A stretch of DNA of 64,000 nt from Candidatus Nomurabacteria bacterium (GTDB lineage Bacteria; Patescibacteriota; Minisyncoccia; Phycocordibacterales; SBAW01). Below the pieces are notes generated by a model, which was given only the letters and a program-made list of their open reading frames with translations, was not told where the DNA came from and did not search any database. Positions 45,675-55,249 of the stretch are shown here, one piece after another (within the stretch, counting starts at the first letter, position 1; each line of letters begins with the position of its first letter). Made by a program: the position numbers and the translations under genes. Location: NCBI GenBank assembly GCA_020854065.1, contig JADZGF010000016.1, forward strand, positions 20,784 to 84,783. Reading direction: 5' to 3'.

Positions 45675-46850
45675 GTTTGCCTTATAGAATTTACTGCGCC
45701 CAATGCGTACCGTGTCGCCTGAGGCAATTTCAGTATCAATACTTTCAATCTTTCCTAATTTTTCTGAAGATACCCCACCCTGCTCCACTAGCCGTCGCAG
45801 TTCACTGGTTGAAATATCTTTAATGATGTCGCGAATCTTGCCGGACGCTACTTCAGGAACACTCTTGAAGTCGCGCGCACTGTCAGCCTCTGTGCTGCCA
45901 TGCACTAACGTTGTTACTTCGTATGCAAGTTTCTTTTGTGCAGCACGTGCTGCTGGATTTTGTTTTTGTTCATCCATCACTGCATCAATCTCTTCTTTCG
46001 GCACGAGAGTCATTTTAAGCAAATACTCTTCAACATCTGCATCATCGGTGTTGAGCCAGAATTGATAAAACTCAAACGGCGATGTCTTTGCTGCATCAAG
46101 CCACACTGCGCCACCCTCACTCTTCCCAAACTTTTTCTTGGTCGACTTATTAATCAGAAGCGGCCAGCAAAATGCATGTGCCACCGATCCTGTTTTGCGA
46201 CGAATGAGATCTACTCCCGAGACAATGTTGCCCCACTGATCTGACGCTCCCACCTGGAGCGTGCAATCGTTGTGTTCGTGTAAATGGAGGTAGTCGTATG
46301 CTTGGAGGAGCATGTAGGAGAACTCGGTAAATGAAATACTTTGTTCAGGAGTCTCAATACGAGGGCGTACCGAATCACGTCTGATCATCTCATTGACGGT
46401 GAAGTGTTTGCCGACATCACGCAAAAACTCCATGAGATTCGCACGGCGAAGCCAATCTGCATTGTTGACCATCTCAAAACTCTCATCACTGAGGAGACGA
46501 GAAAATTGTGTCCGTAGTGCTTTTAGATTGGAATCGATCGTTTCGTCAGAGAGTAAATTACGCTCTTCGCTTTTGCCCGATGGATCACCCACCATGCCGG
46601 TGCCACCACCCACAATCACGATAAGTTTGTGACCCTGCTCAAGAAAGCGGCGAAGCACGAGTACTCCCATAAGCTGTCCGACGTGCAGTGAATCTGCACT
46701 TGGATCAACGCCCCAGTACAACGTACGCGGCGTATTTACCACCTCTTCAAGTTCTCCAGTGTGCTGATGAATGTATCCACGCTCTTTGAGTACGTCCGAG
46801 AGTGGTCGATCGCTCCGAGGAGCAGGTTTGGAGCGGCTAAAAAATCCCAT
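45672..46850 (-). CDS. tyrS: tyrosyl-tRNA synthetase
   Basis: HVGQLMG HIGH-type motif, KFGKSEGG KMSKS-type motif, C-terminal S4 domain. Confidence 0.9.
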   Translation of the reverse strand: MGFFSRSKPAPRSDRPLSDVLKERGYIHQHTGELEEVVNTPRTLYWGVDPSADSLHVGQLMGVLVLRRFLEQGHKLIVIVGGGTGMVGDPSGKSEERNLLSDETIDSNLKALRTQFSRLLSDESFEMVNNADWLRRANLMEFLRDVGKHFTVNEMIRRDSVRPRIETPEQSISFTEFSYMLLQAYDYLHLHEHNDCTLQVGASDQWGNIVSGVDLIRRKTGSVAHAFCWPLLINKSTKKKFGKSEGGAVWLDAAKTSPFEFYQFWLNTDDADVEEYLLKMTLVPKEEIDAVMDEQKQNPAARAAQKKLAYEVTTLVHGSTEADSARDFKSVPEVASGKIRDIIKDISTSELRRLVEQGGVSSEKLGKIESIDTEIASGDTVRIGRSKFYKAN

Positions 46851-46894
46851 ATCAAGACTCTATCACAATCCTAAATCGATGGTAGAATACACAC

Positions 46895-49186
46895 ATGCGC
46901 GAGTGGCGGAACGCCCGCAAAAAACTCGACCCCCTCTTCCGTAAGGCAGACGATCATTTTGACCGCGGTGTTTCTTATACCCGGCGTCATTGGCGTGAGA
47001 TCTTGGTATATGGCACTGGTGCAGGCTTCTTTCTCGGCGGCGTGCTTTTTTTATGGGCAGGAACACTCCAGCTTCCTGACCTCTCAACACTTCAGGAAAT
47101 AAAGACCGAGCAGTCGGTTAAGCTCTACGATCGCACGGGCGAGGTCTTACTCTTTGATCTTAATAGCGACGCACGCCGAACCCTTATTCCCCTCTCAGCT
47201 GTTTCGCCCTACGTTCAACAAGCAGTTGTTGCAATTGAAGATCCAGAATTCTATACACACAAAGGTATTAAACCAACCGCAATCTTGCGCGCAGTCTTCA
47301 CCAACCTCATCCAAAGCGAGTTGTTAAGCGGCCAAGGTGGTTCCACCATCACACAGCAGGTCATTAAACTTTCCGTACTTACTTCGGACAAAACAATTAC
47401 CCGCAAACTCAAAGAGTGGGTGTTGGCAATGAAACTTGAGGGTGCGATGGAGAAAGACCAAATACTCGAGCTCTATCTCAATCAGGCACCCTATGGCGGT
47501 GTGATCTACGGCGTCGAAGAGGCGTCTATGGTCTTTTTTGGTAAACACGCCTCTGACGCTACTTTGCTCGAGGCGGCATACCTCGCAGCAGTACTCCCTG
47601 CCCCAAGCCGCCTTTCCCCATACAAAACCGATGCAGAGACGGGACGCAATCAACGGCTTGAAGCACGCAAAAATCTCGTGCTCGACAAAATGTATGAGCA
47701 TGGATACATCACCGTTGAACAGCGTGATGAAGCGAAAGCGGCACAAATAGAGTTTCTTCCCCCACGTGACACCTCAATCATTGCTGCCCACTTCGTCTTT
47801 TACGTAGAAGAATACTTGGAAGAAAAATACGGCGAAGAGGCACTGCAGCGTGGCGGGTGGCGCGTCATCACTACACTCGATGCCGAACTCCAGGCTGAGG
47901 CGGAAAAGATTGTATTCAAGCACGCCATGAATAACGTGGAATCCTTTAATGCAACAAACATGGCGTTAGTGGGTGTTGATCCACAAAATGGCCAAATTCT
48001 CACCATGGTTGGATCGCGTAACTATTTCGACGATGTAATACCGGGGGCGTATAACGTTGCGGCTGCAAGTCCTGGACGACAACCAGGTTCCGCATTTAAA
48101 CCATTTGCATATGCCGAAGCATTGCGTAAAGGCTACACTCCTGAAACGGTTGTGTTTGACGTACGTACCCAGTTCTCTACTGCGTGCGAGCCTACCAACA
48201 TGACGAGTGAGGGTAACTGCTACTCCCCTGGCAACTATGATGACAACTTCCGCGGCCCCATGACACTGCGTAACGCACTCGCACAATCAATCAACGTACC
48301 TGCGGTAAAAGTACTGTATCTTGCAGGTCTCTCTGATGTGCTGCGGCTTGCAAAGGCAATGGGTATCACTACCCTCGCTGACCCTGCACGATACGGCCTC
48401 ACGTTGGTACTCGGCGGTGGCGAAGTAACTCCCCTTGATCTCACGAGTGCATATGGTGTCTTTGCGAACAACGGTGTGCGATATGAACCAAGCGCTATCT
48501 TGCGCGTTGAAGACCCAACAGGTCGTGTGATCGAGGATAATAGCCAGCCAGTGGGCTCCCAGGTACTTGATCAGCATGTGGCCGAGCAGATTAACGACAT
48601 GCTCTCCGATACAGTAGCTTCAGCACCATTAGGTCTGGGTAATTTCCGTACTTTTTCTCAAGACGTTGCCCTAAAAACTGGTACCACCAACGACTATAGG
48701 GATGCCTGGATCGTAGGCTACACTCCGAACATTGCAGTTGGCGTATGGGCAGGTAATAACGACAACTCTGCAATGGAACGTCGCACTGGTGGATTAATTG
48801 TTGCTCCGGCATGGAGTGAATTCATGCGTTTTGCACTGTCTAAACGCCCCGTCAGCGCGTTTACACGTTCGGAATGGCCCAACCCCAACAAACCAGTATT
48901 ACAAGGCAACTGGAGCAATCCAGGCCGTGATGGATTGGTGCACGAAATTCTCTATTGGGTAGATAAAAACAATCCAACAGGTCCAGAACCATTTAATCCT
49001 GCGAGTGATCCACAGTTTGAATACTGGGATCTCCCGGTACGGAATGTATATGGCGCTGCAGTTGGTTCTGGTTCCTCATCAGGAGGTTCAAATCAATCAG
49101 AGGGTCCCCTTCAGGAAATAATTCCACCAGAGTATTTCGAATCTCAAAATCAGGCACCGTCAGGAACGCCGATTATAGAAAACTAG
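46895..49186 (+). CDS. class A penicillin-binding protein (glycosyltransferase + transpeptidase)
   Basis: GT51 motifs (AVVAIEDPEFYTHKGI, GGSTITQQ); transpeptidase SxxK, SxN (SINV), KTGT. Confidence 0.85.
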   Translation: MREWRNARKKLDPLFRKADDHFDRGVSYTRRHWREILVYGTGAGFFLGGVLFLWAGTLQLPDLSTLQEIKTEQSVKLYDRTGEVLLFDLNSDARRTLIPLSAVSPYVQQAVVAIEDPEFYTHKGIKPTAILRAVFTNLIQSELLSGQGGSTITQQVIKLSVLTSDKTITRKLKEWVLAMKLEGAMEKDQILELYLNQAPYGGVIYGVEEASMVFFGKHASDATLLEAAYLAAVLPAPSRLSPYKTDAETGRNQRLEARKNLVLDKMYEHGYITVEQRDEAKAAQIEFLPPRDTSIIAAHFVFYVEEYLEEKYGEEALQRGGWRVITTLDAELQAEAEKIVFKHAMNNVESFNATNMALVGVDPQNGQILTMVGSRNYFDDVIPGAYNVAAASPGRQPGSAFKPFAYAEALRKGYTPETVVFDVRTQFSTACEPTNMTSEGNCYSPGNYDDNFRGPMTLRNALAQSINVPAVKVLYLAGLSDVLRLAKAMGITTLADPARYGLTLVLGGGEVTPLDLTSAYGVFANNGVRYEPSAILRVEDPTGRVIEDNSQPVGSQVLDQHVAEQINDMLSDTVASAPLGLGNFRTFSQDVALKTGTTNDYRDAWIVGYTPNIAVGVWAGNNDNSAMERRTGGLIVAPAWSEFMRFALSKRPVSAFTRSEWPNPNKPVLQGNWSNPGRDGLVHEILYWVDKNNPTGPEPFNPASDPQFEYWDLPVRNVYGAAVGSGSSSGGSNQSEGPLQEIIPPEYFESQNQAPSGTPIIEN

Positions 49187-50277
49187 CGATTCATTGGCAT
49201 CGCCAAATAGAGGAATGACGAATCCGATGCATCTTTTATGAGCATCGCTTTTCCAGGACCATTCGAAGAAAGCCGTACTGAATCTCCACCAATAGACTGG
49301 AGGCTATCCATGAGGTAGCGGCCATTGAACGACATAGTGACTGGCTCCCCTTCTATCGTCGCTTTGATAGTTGATACTTGCTCACCTACATCAGGATTAC
49401 GCGAAGAAAGCACCACTGCTTTTTTAGATGGTTCGATTGAGAGTGATACTTGCGCAAACTTATCTGCAAACACTGAGAGTCCTTTGAGGATATTTGCAAA
49501 CTCTTCTCGAAGCACTACTGCTTCAGTACTAAAAGATTTTGGAATAATTTGTTTGTAGTTTGGAAACGTTCCGTCCAAGAGTCGGCTGGTGTAATACAAC
49601 CCGTCAGTTTGAAGAGAAATCTGATGATCATTGTAGTAGACCTCAATGTCGCCTTTTGCCGATTCAATCACTCGAAGAAGTTCTGATGCATTTCGTGCAG
49701 GAATAAGTATTTGTGGAACTCCCCCACCTTTCAGTGGTACCACCTTCTCTGCAAGACGGAATGAGTCAGTAGCTGCGGTTGTTAACATACCACCCTCAGC
49801 GCTAATCATTACACTCTGAAGTTCTGGTTTTACTGCAGATACTGAGGCGCAATAGACCACTGATTGAATTGCTTTTATAAACTCATCTACTTTTACGGTA
49901 AAAGATTTCTCTGCAGATACCCGAGGAAGAATTGGAAAATCCTCATGTGGAATTGTTTTTATAGACGCACTTACTTGCTCAGTCTCAACCTTTAACACTT
50001 CTCCGACTATGTGCGCACTAAAATTCTTTCCTTTCGTATTCTGGAGAAAACCTGCCAATACACCTCCAGGCACTGCAACCGTTCCTGCAACTGATACTTT
50101 TGCTGGTACCACTACCTCCACACCACACTCAAGGTTAGTTGCACGTAAGGTGACTCGACTCCCCTCTGCAACAATTAAGATTGCTGCTAACACCGGAAGG
50201 TTCGGTCTCTTCTCAGTAAAACGAGCAACAACTGAAACCGCGGTGATCAGTTCTGTGAGTGTGGTTTCAAATTTCAT
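49183..50277 (-). CDS. dnaN: DNA polymerase III beta sliding clamp
   Basis: three-domain clamp of ~364 aa directly downstream of dnaA. Confidence 0.85.
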   Translation of the reverse strand: MKFETTLTELITAVSVVARFTEKRPNLPVLAAILIVAEGSRVTLRATNLECGVEVVVPAKVSVAGTVAVPGGVLAGFLQNTKGKNFSAHIVGEVLKVETEQVSASIKTIPHEDFPILPRVSAEKSFTVKVDEFIKAIQSVVYCASVSAVKPELQSVMISAEGGMLTTAATDSFRLAEKVVPLKGGGVPQILIPARNASELLRVIESAKGDIEVYYNDHQISLQTDGLYYTSRLLDGTFPNYKQIIPKSFSTEAVVLREEFANILKGLSVFADKFAQVSLSIEPSKKAVVLSSRNPDVGEQVSTIKATIEGEPVTMSFNGRYLMDSLQSIGGDSVRLSSNGPGKAMLIKDASDSSFLYLAMPMNR

Positions 50278-50398
50278 AACTTGTTATATATAAACCTATT
50301 ACTACTATTAGCGCTGTGGATAGTGGAGAAGTCGATTTTATCTTTACCAAATAACGTATTTTTATACAACCGATATCCACAAGTGTTCTAACAACAAT
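50278..50398. promoter_or_regulatory. oriC segment with DnaA boxes and AT-rich unwinding element between dnaA and dnaN
   Basis: TGTGGATAG (50315-50323) and ATATCCACA (50373-50381), each one mismatch from the TTATCCACA consensus; flanking AT-rich runs. Confidence 0.5.
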
Positions 50399-51733
50399 TC
50401 ATTTCAACATCATGCGGATCTGATTGAGCTCGTTATTCAACACGCTATCCACACGAAGATCATTCTTTATTTTCTCGCAAGAATGTATCACAGTGGTGTG
50501 GTCACGACCACCTAGTTTTTCTCCAATAGTTGGAAATGAGATACGAAAATCTTCTCGCAAAAGGAACATAATGACTTGTCGGGGACGAACCACTTCCTTC
50601 CGACGAGTCTTTTCGTAGATACTCCCCTCCTCTACTCCATAGAAGCTCGCAATAGTCTTTACTACATCCTGCACAGAGATAGCCTTTTTAACCGTCCCAG
50701 CGCCTCGTAGAAGAAGTTTTGCGTCATTAATGGTCAGTGGGTCCTGACGCATCTCAAGTTGGATAAGAAGCGTGTTTAGGGCGCCTTCCAGCTCACGTAC
50801 ATTTCCCTCTATTGCGGTTGCTAAGTAGTCGAGTACTTCGTCAGGGAGAATAACGTTATGCGCGACTGCTTTAGAGCGCACAATAGCGAGGCGTGATTGA
50901 TGATCTGGTGGAGTAACAGAGACCACCATACCTGCAGAGAGTCGTGATTTAAGACGATCTTCGAGATTTTGGATGATATTAGGGTGTTGATCTGATGAAA
51001 ACACTAATTGTTTGTTTCCATCATGGAGGTAGTTAAAAAGATGGAAGAATTCCTCTTTAATTTTGTCTCTTCCTGCAAGAAACTGGATGTCGTCCATGAT
51101 TAAGAGATCATATTGGCGGTATTTCTCCTTAAAACTCTGTACCTTGCCCGCTTGGAGTGAAGATACGTAATCCATAGAAAAACGCTCAGAGGTTACGTAG
51201 TAGACCTTCCGCTCTGGCGCCTGCATACGGAAGTGGTTCCCTACAGCCTGGATAAGGTGGGTTTTTCCTAAACCAGTCGGTCCATAGACCAGAAGTGGGT
51301 TATACGCTATGCCTGGCTTACGAATAACTGCCTGGGCAGCAGCATGGGCAAGCTCGTTAAAGGGCCCAACCACAAAGGAATTAAAGGTAAACCGAGGGTT
51401 AAGGTTGGTCTTTTGGTGCACTGCCTCGAGAGGGAGTTCTGAGGGAGCAGGTGTCATTCGTACCTCTTCAGGTACCTTTTTAGGTCCACGAGATATAACG
51501 TACTCAACTGAACGTACGCTTTCCTCGAGTGAGCGGAGGCTCCGAAGGATATCTTTGTGGAACTTAGTTGAAAGCCAGTCACGAGCGAACTGTGAGGGAA
51601 CGCCAAGGTATACGACACCCTCTTCAACGCGAACAATATGGGTATCTTTAAACCACGTATTAAAATTAGGTTTCGATATTGTGAGCTCAAGCTCGACCAA
51701 AGCGTTTTCCCATAGTTCTTTCGTCGTTGTCAT
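50399..51733 (-). CDS. dnaA: chromosomal replication initiator protein DnaA
   Basis: domain I starts MTTTKELWENALVELEL; Walker A GPTGLGKTHL; C-terminal DNA-binding domain (HTTVIHSCEKI); upstream in-frame extension to 52126 rejected because it runs antisense through rpmH. Confidence 0.9.
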   Translation of the reverse strand: MTTTKELWENALVELELTISKPNFNTWFKDTHIVRVEEGVVYLGVPSQFARDWLSTKFHKDILRSLRSLEESVRSVEYVISRGPKKVPEEVRMTPAPSELPLEAVHQKTNLNPRFTFNSFVVGPFNELAHAAAQAVIRKPGIAYNPLLVYGPTGLGKTHLIQAVGNHFRMQAPERKVYYVTSERFSMDYVSSLQAGKVQSFKEKYRQYDLLIMDDIQFLAGRDKIKEEFFHLFNYLHDGNKQLVFSSDQHPNIIQNLEDRLKSRLSAGMVVSVTPPDHQSRLAIVRSKAVAHNVILPDEVLDYLATAIEGNVRELEGALNTLLIQLEMRQDPLTINDAKLLLRGAGTVKKAISVQDVVKTIASFYGVEEGSIYEKTRRKEVVRPRQVIMFLLREDFRISFPTIGEKLGGRDHTTVIHSCEKIKNDLRVDSVLNNELNQIRMMLK

Positions 51734-51838
51734 GAGCAAAAAAGTAATATCAGGATACGCGAGCAATCCAGATGCGTCAAAATGGTCAGGCTTGTGTATA
51801 TGTTGTGGATTATTTGTGTATAGGGTAGTATTGACCTC
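51734..51838. promoter_or_regulatory. dnaA/rpmH divergent promoter region with DnaA-box-like sites
   Basis: TGTGGATTA at 51804-51812 and nearby TGTGTATAT/TGTGTATAG. Confidence 0.4.
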
Positions 51839-51973
51839 ATGTCGCAAACGTACCAACCAAAAAAGCGCAAACGCGCTCGCGCCCACGGCTTCCTTTCGCG
51901 TAAAGCGTCGCCTGGTGGTCGCAAGACGGTGCTTCGCCGCCGCCGCAAAGGACGCAGCCGCCTCAGCGCCTAA
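51839..51973 (+). CDS. rpmH: 50S ribosomal protein L34 (44 aa, absent from ORF track)
   Basis: Hand translation MSQTYQPKKRKRARAHGFLSRKASPGGRKTVLRRRRKGRSRLSA matches L34 (TFQPS..KR.R.HGFR.RM.T..GR.VL..RR.KGR..L). Confidence 0.8.
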   Translation: MSQTYQPKKRKRARAHGFLSRKASPGGRKTVLRRRRKGRSRLSA

Positions 51974-51986
51974 CGCGTAGGTATCC

Positions 51987-52283
51987 ATGTTGCCTAAAAA
52001 GAACCGCCTCACCGCTCGTGAGGTCCGTGCAACCCTTAAAGAGGGTAAAAGTGTTCGAAAAAGCAGTGTTTCTGCTCGTTTTGTGTCTACAGCAAAGGCA
52101 GGCAAGGCTGCCATAGTGGTTTCCACTAAAGTTGCCCGTAAGGCTACGGATCGTAACCGCTTGCGTCGTATGGGCTACGCCGCCCTCCCTACTCCCCTCC
52201 CGAAAGGAAACCTGGTGCTTTTTATTCAAACGCCTGAATTTAAAACTGCGGATATACTGTCCCTATGTTCAACACTTTCTTAG
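51987..52283 (+). CDS. rnpA: ribonuclease P protein component
   Basis: KKNRLTAREVRATLKEGKSV...ATDRNRLRRMG; rpmH-rnpA-yidC-jag order. Confidence 0.8.
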   Translation: MLPKKNRLTAREVRATLKEGKSVRKSSVSARFVSTAKAGKAAIVVSTKVARKATDRNRLRRMGYAALPTPLPKGNLVLFIQTPEFKTADILSLCSTLS

Positions 52284-52972
52284 TCCAGCCGATCTATAAC
52301 GCGTTCATTTTCTTAACCGGTGTTATGCCAGGCGCTGATGCAGGCCTTGCAATTATCGCCATAACCATTGTCATGCGGGTACTGCTCTATCCGCTCTATA
52401 CCTCCCAGATCCGCACACAGATCGGTATGTCGGCACTGCAGCCAGAACTTGAGGTACTGAAGGAGAAGCATAAAAACGATCGGGAGAAGATGGCCCGAGA
52501 GCAAATGGCGCTGTTTAAGAAGTACAAAGTAAACCCACTTGCTACTATTTTTGTGCTTATTATCCAGTTGGTGGTTATGCTCGCGCTCTATTTTGCGCTC
52601 TTCCATGAACAACTCCCTACAGTAGACACAGACTTCCTCTACTCGTTTGTCGAAGCACCAGCGCACATATCGACCTCATTCTTTGGTCTCCTCAATCTCC
52701 TTACCCCGCACCACATTATCCTGGCTGCACTCGTAGCGCTCTCCCAATACATCGCTATTTCCCTTACCTTGCGCCGTACCCCCGTTCCTGCCAATCTCCC
52801 TCCTGAGAAGGCGCAGGTTCAGCGGATGCAGCAAGGTCTCATGCTCTACTTCATGCCTGCCCTTATGGGTATATTCTCGTATTTCTTCCCAGGAGGCGTC
52901 GGTCTCTACTTCCTTGCAGGAAATGTGCTCTCTATAGGTCAGGAGTGGCTTATAAAACATAAATTCGCCTAA
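52265..52972 (+). CDS. yidC: membrane protein insertase YidC (short Oxa1-type)
   Basis: 5-TM core, conserved helices, C-terminal basic tail. Confidence 0.85.
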   Translation: MFNTFLVQPIYNAFIFLTGVMPGADAGLAIIAITIVMRVLLYPLYTSQIRTQIGMSALQPELEVLKEKHKNDREKMAREQMALFKKYKVNPLATIFVLIIQLVVMLALYFALFHEQLPTVDTDFLYSFVEAPAHISTSFFGLLNLLTPHHIILAALVALSQYIAISLTLRRTPVPANLPPEKAQVQRMQQGLMLYFMPALMGIFSYFFPGGVGLYFLAGNVLSIGQEWLIKHKFA

Positions 52973-52997
52973 CGGAACTTGTCTCCCCTCACCCCTT

Positions 52998-53468
52998 TTG
53001 TGTATCGTGGGGTGTATGGATACTGCAGCTCTCTCAGCATTCTCCCGGAAACTTATTGAGCAGCTCGGGTGCACCATAGAGGCGCTTGAAGTTGAGACGG
53101 GGCATCGAACTACCGTCCGCGTTACCACTCCTGATTCTAAAGAACTTATCGGTCCTGGTGGTGAACATTTGCGCGCATTAAATGCGATTGCAAAGCGCAT
53201 GGTCGAGCATGCTCATGGAGAAGAGGCTTCCTCCTTTTTTATCGACGTAAATAACTATCGAGAGCAGGAGCTTGAGGGTGTGCGTCAAAATGCACGTATG
53301 TTTGCACAGCGTGCGCGTCTTTTTAAACACGATGTTGAATTACCTCCACAAAGTGCATACGAGCGTTTAGTGGTTCACGAACTGTTTGCTGAGGATCCTG
53401 AGATAGCAACAGAATCTGCTGGCGAGGGTAAGTTTCGCCATATCGTACTTAAGTACAAAACAAACTAG
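52998..53468 (+). CDS. Jag/KhpB-like RNA-binding protein (KH + R3H domains)
   Basis: IGPGGEHLRALNAIAKRM KH-like segment and R3H (PPQSAYERLVVHELFAE). Confidence 0.7.
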   Translation: MCIVGCMDTAALSAFSRKLIEQLGCTIEALEVETGHRTTVRVTTPDSKELIGPGGEHLRALNAIAKRMVEHAHGEEASSFFIDVNNYREQELEGVRQNARMFAQRARLFKHDVELPPQSAYERLVVHELFAEDPEIATESAGEGKFRHIVLKYKTN

Positions 53469-54676
53469 AAGAGTCGTACGCCCCAGAGGCTGCGTTCACC
53501 TTTTTTAATGTAGAGGAGATATCGCTCGTCAGGTGAGAGCGCCATGTCATCTATTTCTGAGGTAATACCACCATCAGCGCTTCCAGGAATAGCGATGAGT
53601 GTCGCGTAGTTGTTGCTGTCATATGAGACGATCTGTTGCCCTACTCCCCCAGTGCCGAGATGGTATAGGTCGATGTAGTTCTCCGGAACGTATGTAGCAG
53701 CGGTGGCGCAATACGAGACGATAAATGTTCGGCTCCATATACACTGCTCAGGGAGTGGATCAAAAGAGATTGCCGCATTGGTACCACTTTGCATATTTCG
53801 TGCGTAGGTGATGCGGCCTGCGGTGCCGCCGGTCGTGTGATATACCACCCGATCTAGTCCCCAACTTGCGCTCAGTGATAGTCCTGCAGCTGAGAGGAGT
53901 GGTGTTACTACTCCACTTTCCACTTCGATAGTGAATGCCATACCCATAACCCCGTATGCAGGAGCGGTGTAGGCAAGGACGGTGTTCTGTGTGGGCCATA
54001 CAAGCTGTATTTGTGCGAATGGAAGGCTAAAAGCTTTGCGTGCCTGGGTTCCGTCGGGGTTAGCGATGTACCCGTCACTTCCTGTGGTTGTTTGCAGAAG
54101 GTATACGACCTTTGTCGCATCAGGTGAAACTGCAATGCTCTTTATATCGTTTGCCAAAAATTGGATACGTACCGGAGCTGATTGTGTTGAAGTGGTTGCT
54201 GCAGGCAGGTTAAGTAAGAGTGTTTTGAGGGCATTTTGGTTTACATACTGCAGAATTCCAGCAGGACCAACCCAGGTTACTTCTGCGACGCCAGGGATGG
54301 TGGTGTTAGAAACAACACGAGGCACCGCTCCTGGTACATCTACGGGAAGATCAAATGAGCGACCGTTATCTGCCATGACAAAGCGCGCAATGGTTGTGGT
54401 GGGGTTTAAGGTCTGTACAAACGTTGCCCCTGCAACCGGTCCGTCAGATATTTTAAATATGCGTAAGTTGCTGCCATTTTGAGCATTATTAGTGTTTGTG
54501 TTTTGGGATTGCTCTTCCCCGCTGCTGAGACTTACATCGGTTTGAGTGTTTAAGCTTCCAAAATTTTCTGGTGGGGTTTGTGGTGTTTCTTGTCTGCCAA
54601 ACAAAAACCATGACACAAGCACCAACAGTGCTGTTGTGCCGATGAGGATACCGATGAGTTTCCAGTTGAGGTTCAT
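53465..54676 (-). CDS. secreted beta-propeller (TolB/PD40-like) protein
   Basis: N-terminal signal/TM; repeated SPD..K/YL..YI blade motifs (SPDATKVVYLL, SPDERYLLYIKK). Confidence 0.4.
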   Translation of the reverse strand: MNLNWKLIGILIGTTALLVLVSWFLFGRQETPQTPPENFGSLNTQTDVSLSSGEEQSQNTNTNNAQNGSNLRIFKISDGPVAGATFVQTLNPTTTIARFVMADNGRSFDLPVDVPGAVPRVVSNTTIPGVAEVTWVGPAGILQYVNQNALKTLLLNLPAATTSTQSAPVRIQFLANDIKSIAVSPDATKVVYLLQTTTGSDGYIANPDGTQARKAFSLPFAQIQLVWPTQNTVLAYTAPAYGVMGMAFTIEVESGVVTPLLSAAGLSLSASWGLDRVVYHTTGGTAGRITYARNMQSGTNAAISFDPLPEQCIWSRTFIVSYCATAATYVPENYIDLYHLGTGGVGQQIVSYDSNNYATLIAIPGSADGGITSEIDDMALSPDERYLLYIKKGERSLWGVRLF

Positions 54677-54679
54677 ATG

Positions 54680-55249
54680 TTATCGAGGTACGCACTGCCA
54701 ACCACCTGGTACGTAGTTTATTCGTCCAGGCGGTTGACCTGACTGGCATGCGCGGATTTCATCTCCGGCGGGTTGACTATTTTGGACAGATACTCCCGAT
54801 ACAGGAGCACTGGTAGAGGTTCCTCTACTTAGTTGTTCGAGAGCGGTGTCGAATCGATCCAAACTTATCAACTGGGGGTTTATGGTGTACAGGAGTACGT
54901 ATGAACCGAGTAGTACAACAAGGCCGTACACTGCCCGTTGCATCTGCTTTCTTCCTAAATCCTTTGATTTGGCAACATCCGATACCATATACATAATGCC
55001 GCCCCATACAAATGTTGCTACGGCAAACATGCCACCAATGACGATAAAGAGTGTAAAGGCATAGTTGAGGTACGATCCAAAATCAACACCTTGTGATCCA
55101 ATTTGTTGTCCAGGGAGTGGCTCAAGTGGTATGTAACTACATCGAGTTCCTGTGCAAAACTCCGTCTGGGTTGTGGGAGTTGTTTGCGCCTGCAGAGAAA
55201 GCGGCAAGAATACAAACAGCAGAGCGATGGTAAGGATTAGTCTTTTCAT
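54680..55249 (-). CDS. candidate VirB2/TrbC-like pilin (signal peptide + TM hairpin)
   Basis: Signal peptide ending SLQA/QT; two TM helices separated by basic loop KSKDLGRKQMQRA; position in T4SS-like cluster. Confidence 0.35.
   Translation of the reverse strand: MKRLILTIALLFVFLPLSLQAQTTPTTQTEFCTGTRCSYIPLEPLPGQQIGSQGVDFGSYLNYAFTLFIVIGGMFAVATFVWGGIMYMVSDVAKSKDLGRKQMQRAVYGLVVLLGSYVLLYTINPQLISLDRFDTALEQLSRGTSTSAPVSGVSVQNSQPAGDEIRACQSGQPPGRINYVPGGWQCVPR

Noticed and set aside
51734-52126. N-terminal ~130-aa extension of the dnaA ORF and the 223-aa plus-strand ORF 51309-51980
   Set aside because: DnaA domain I begins at MTTTKELW (51733); the extension is Arg-rich, runs antisense through rpmH and the DnaA-box spacer; 51309-51980 is antisense to dnaA.
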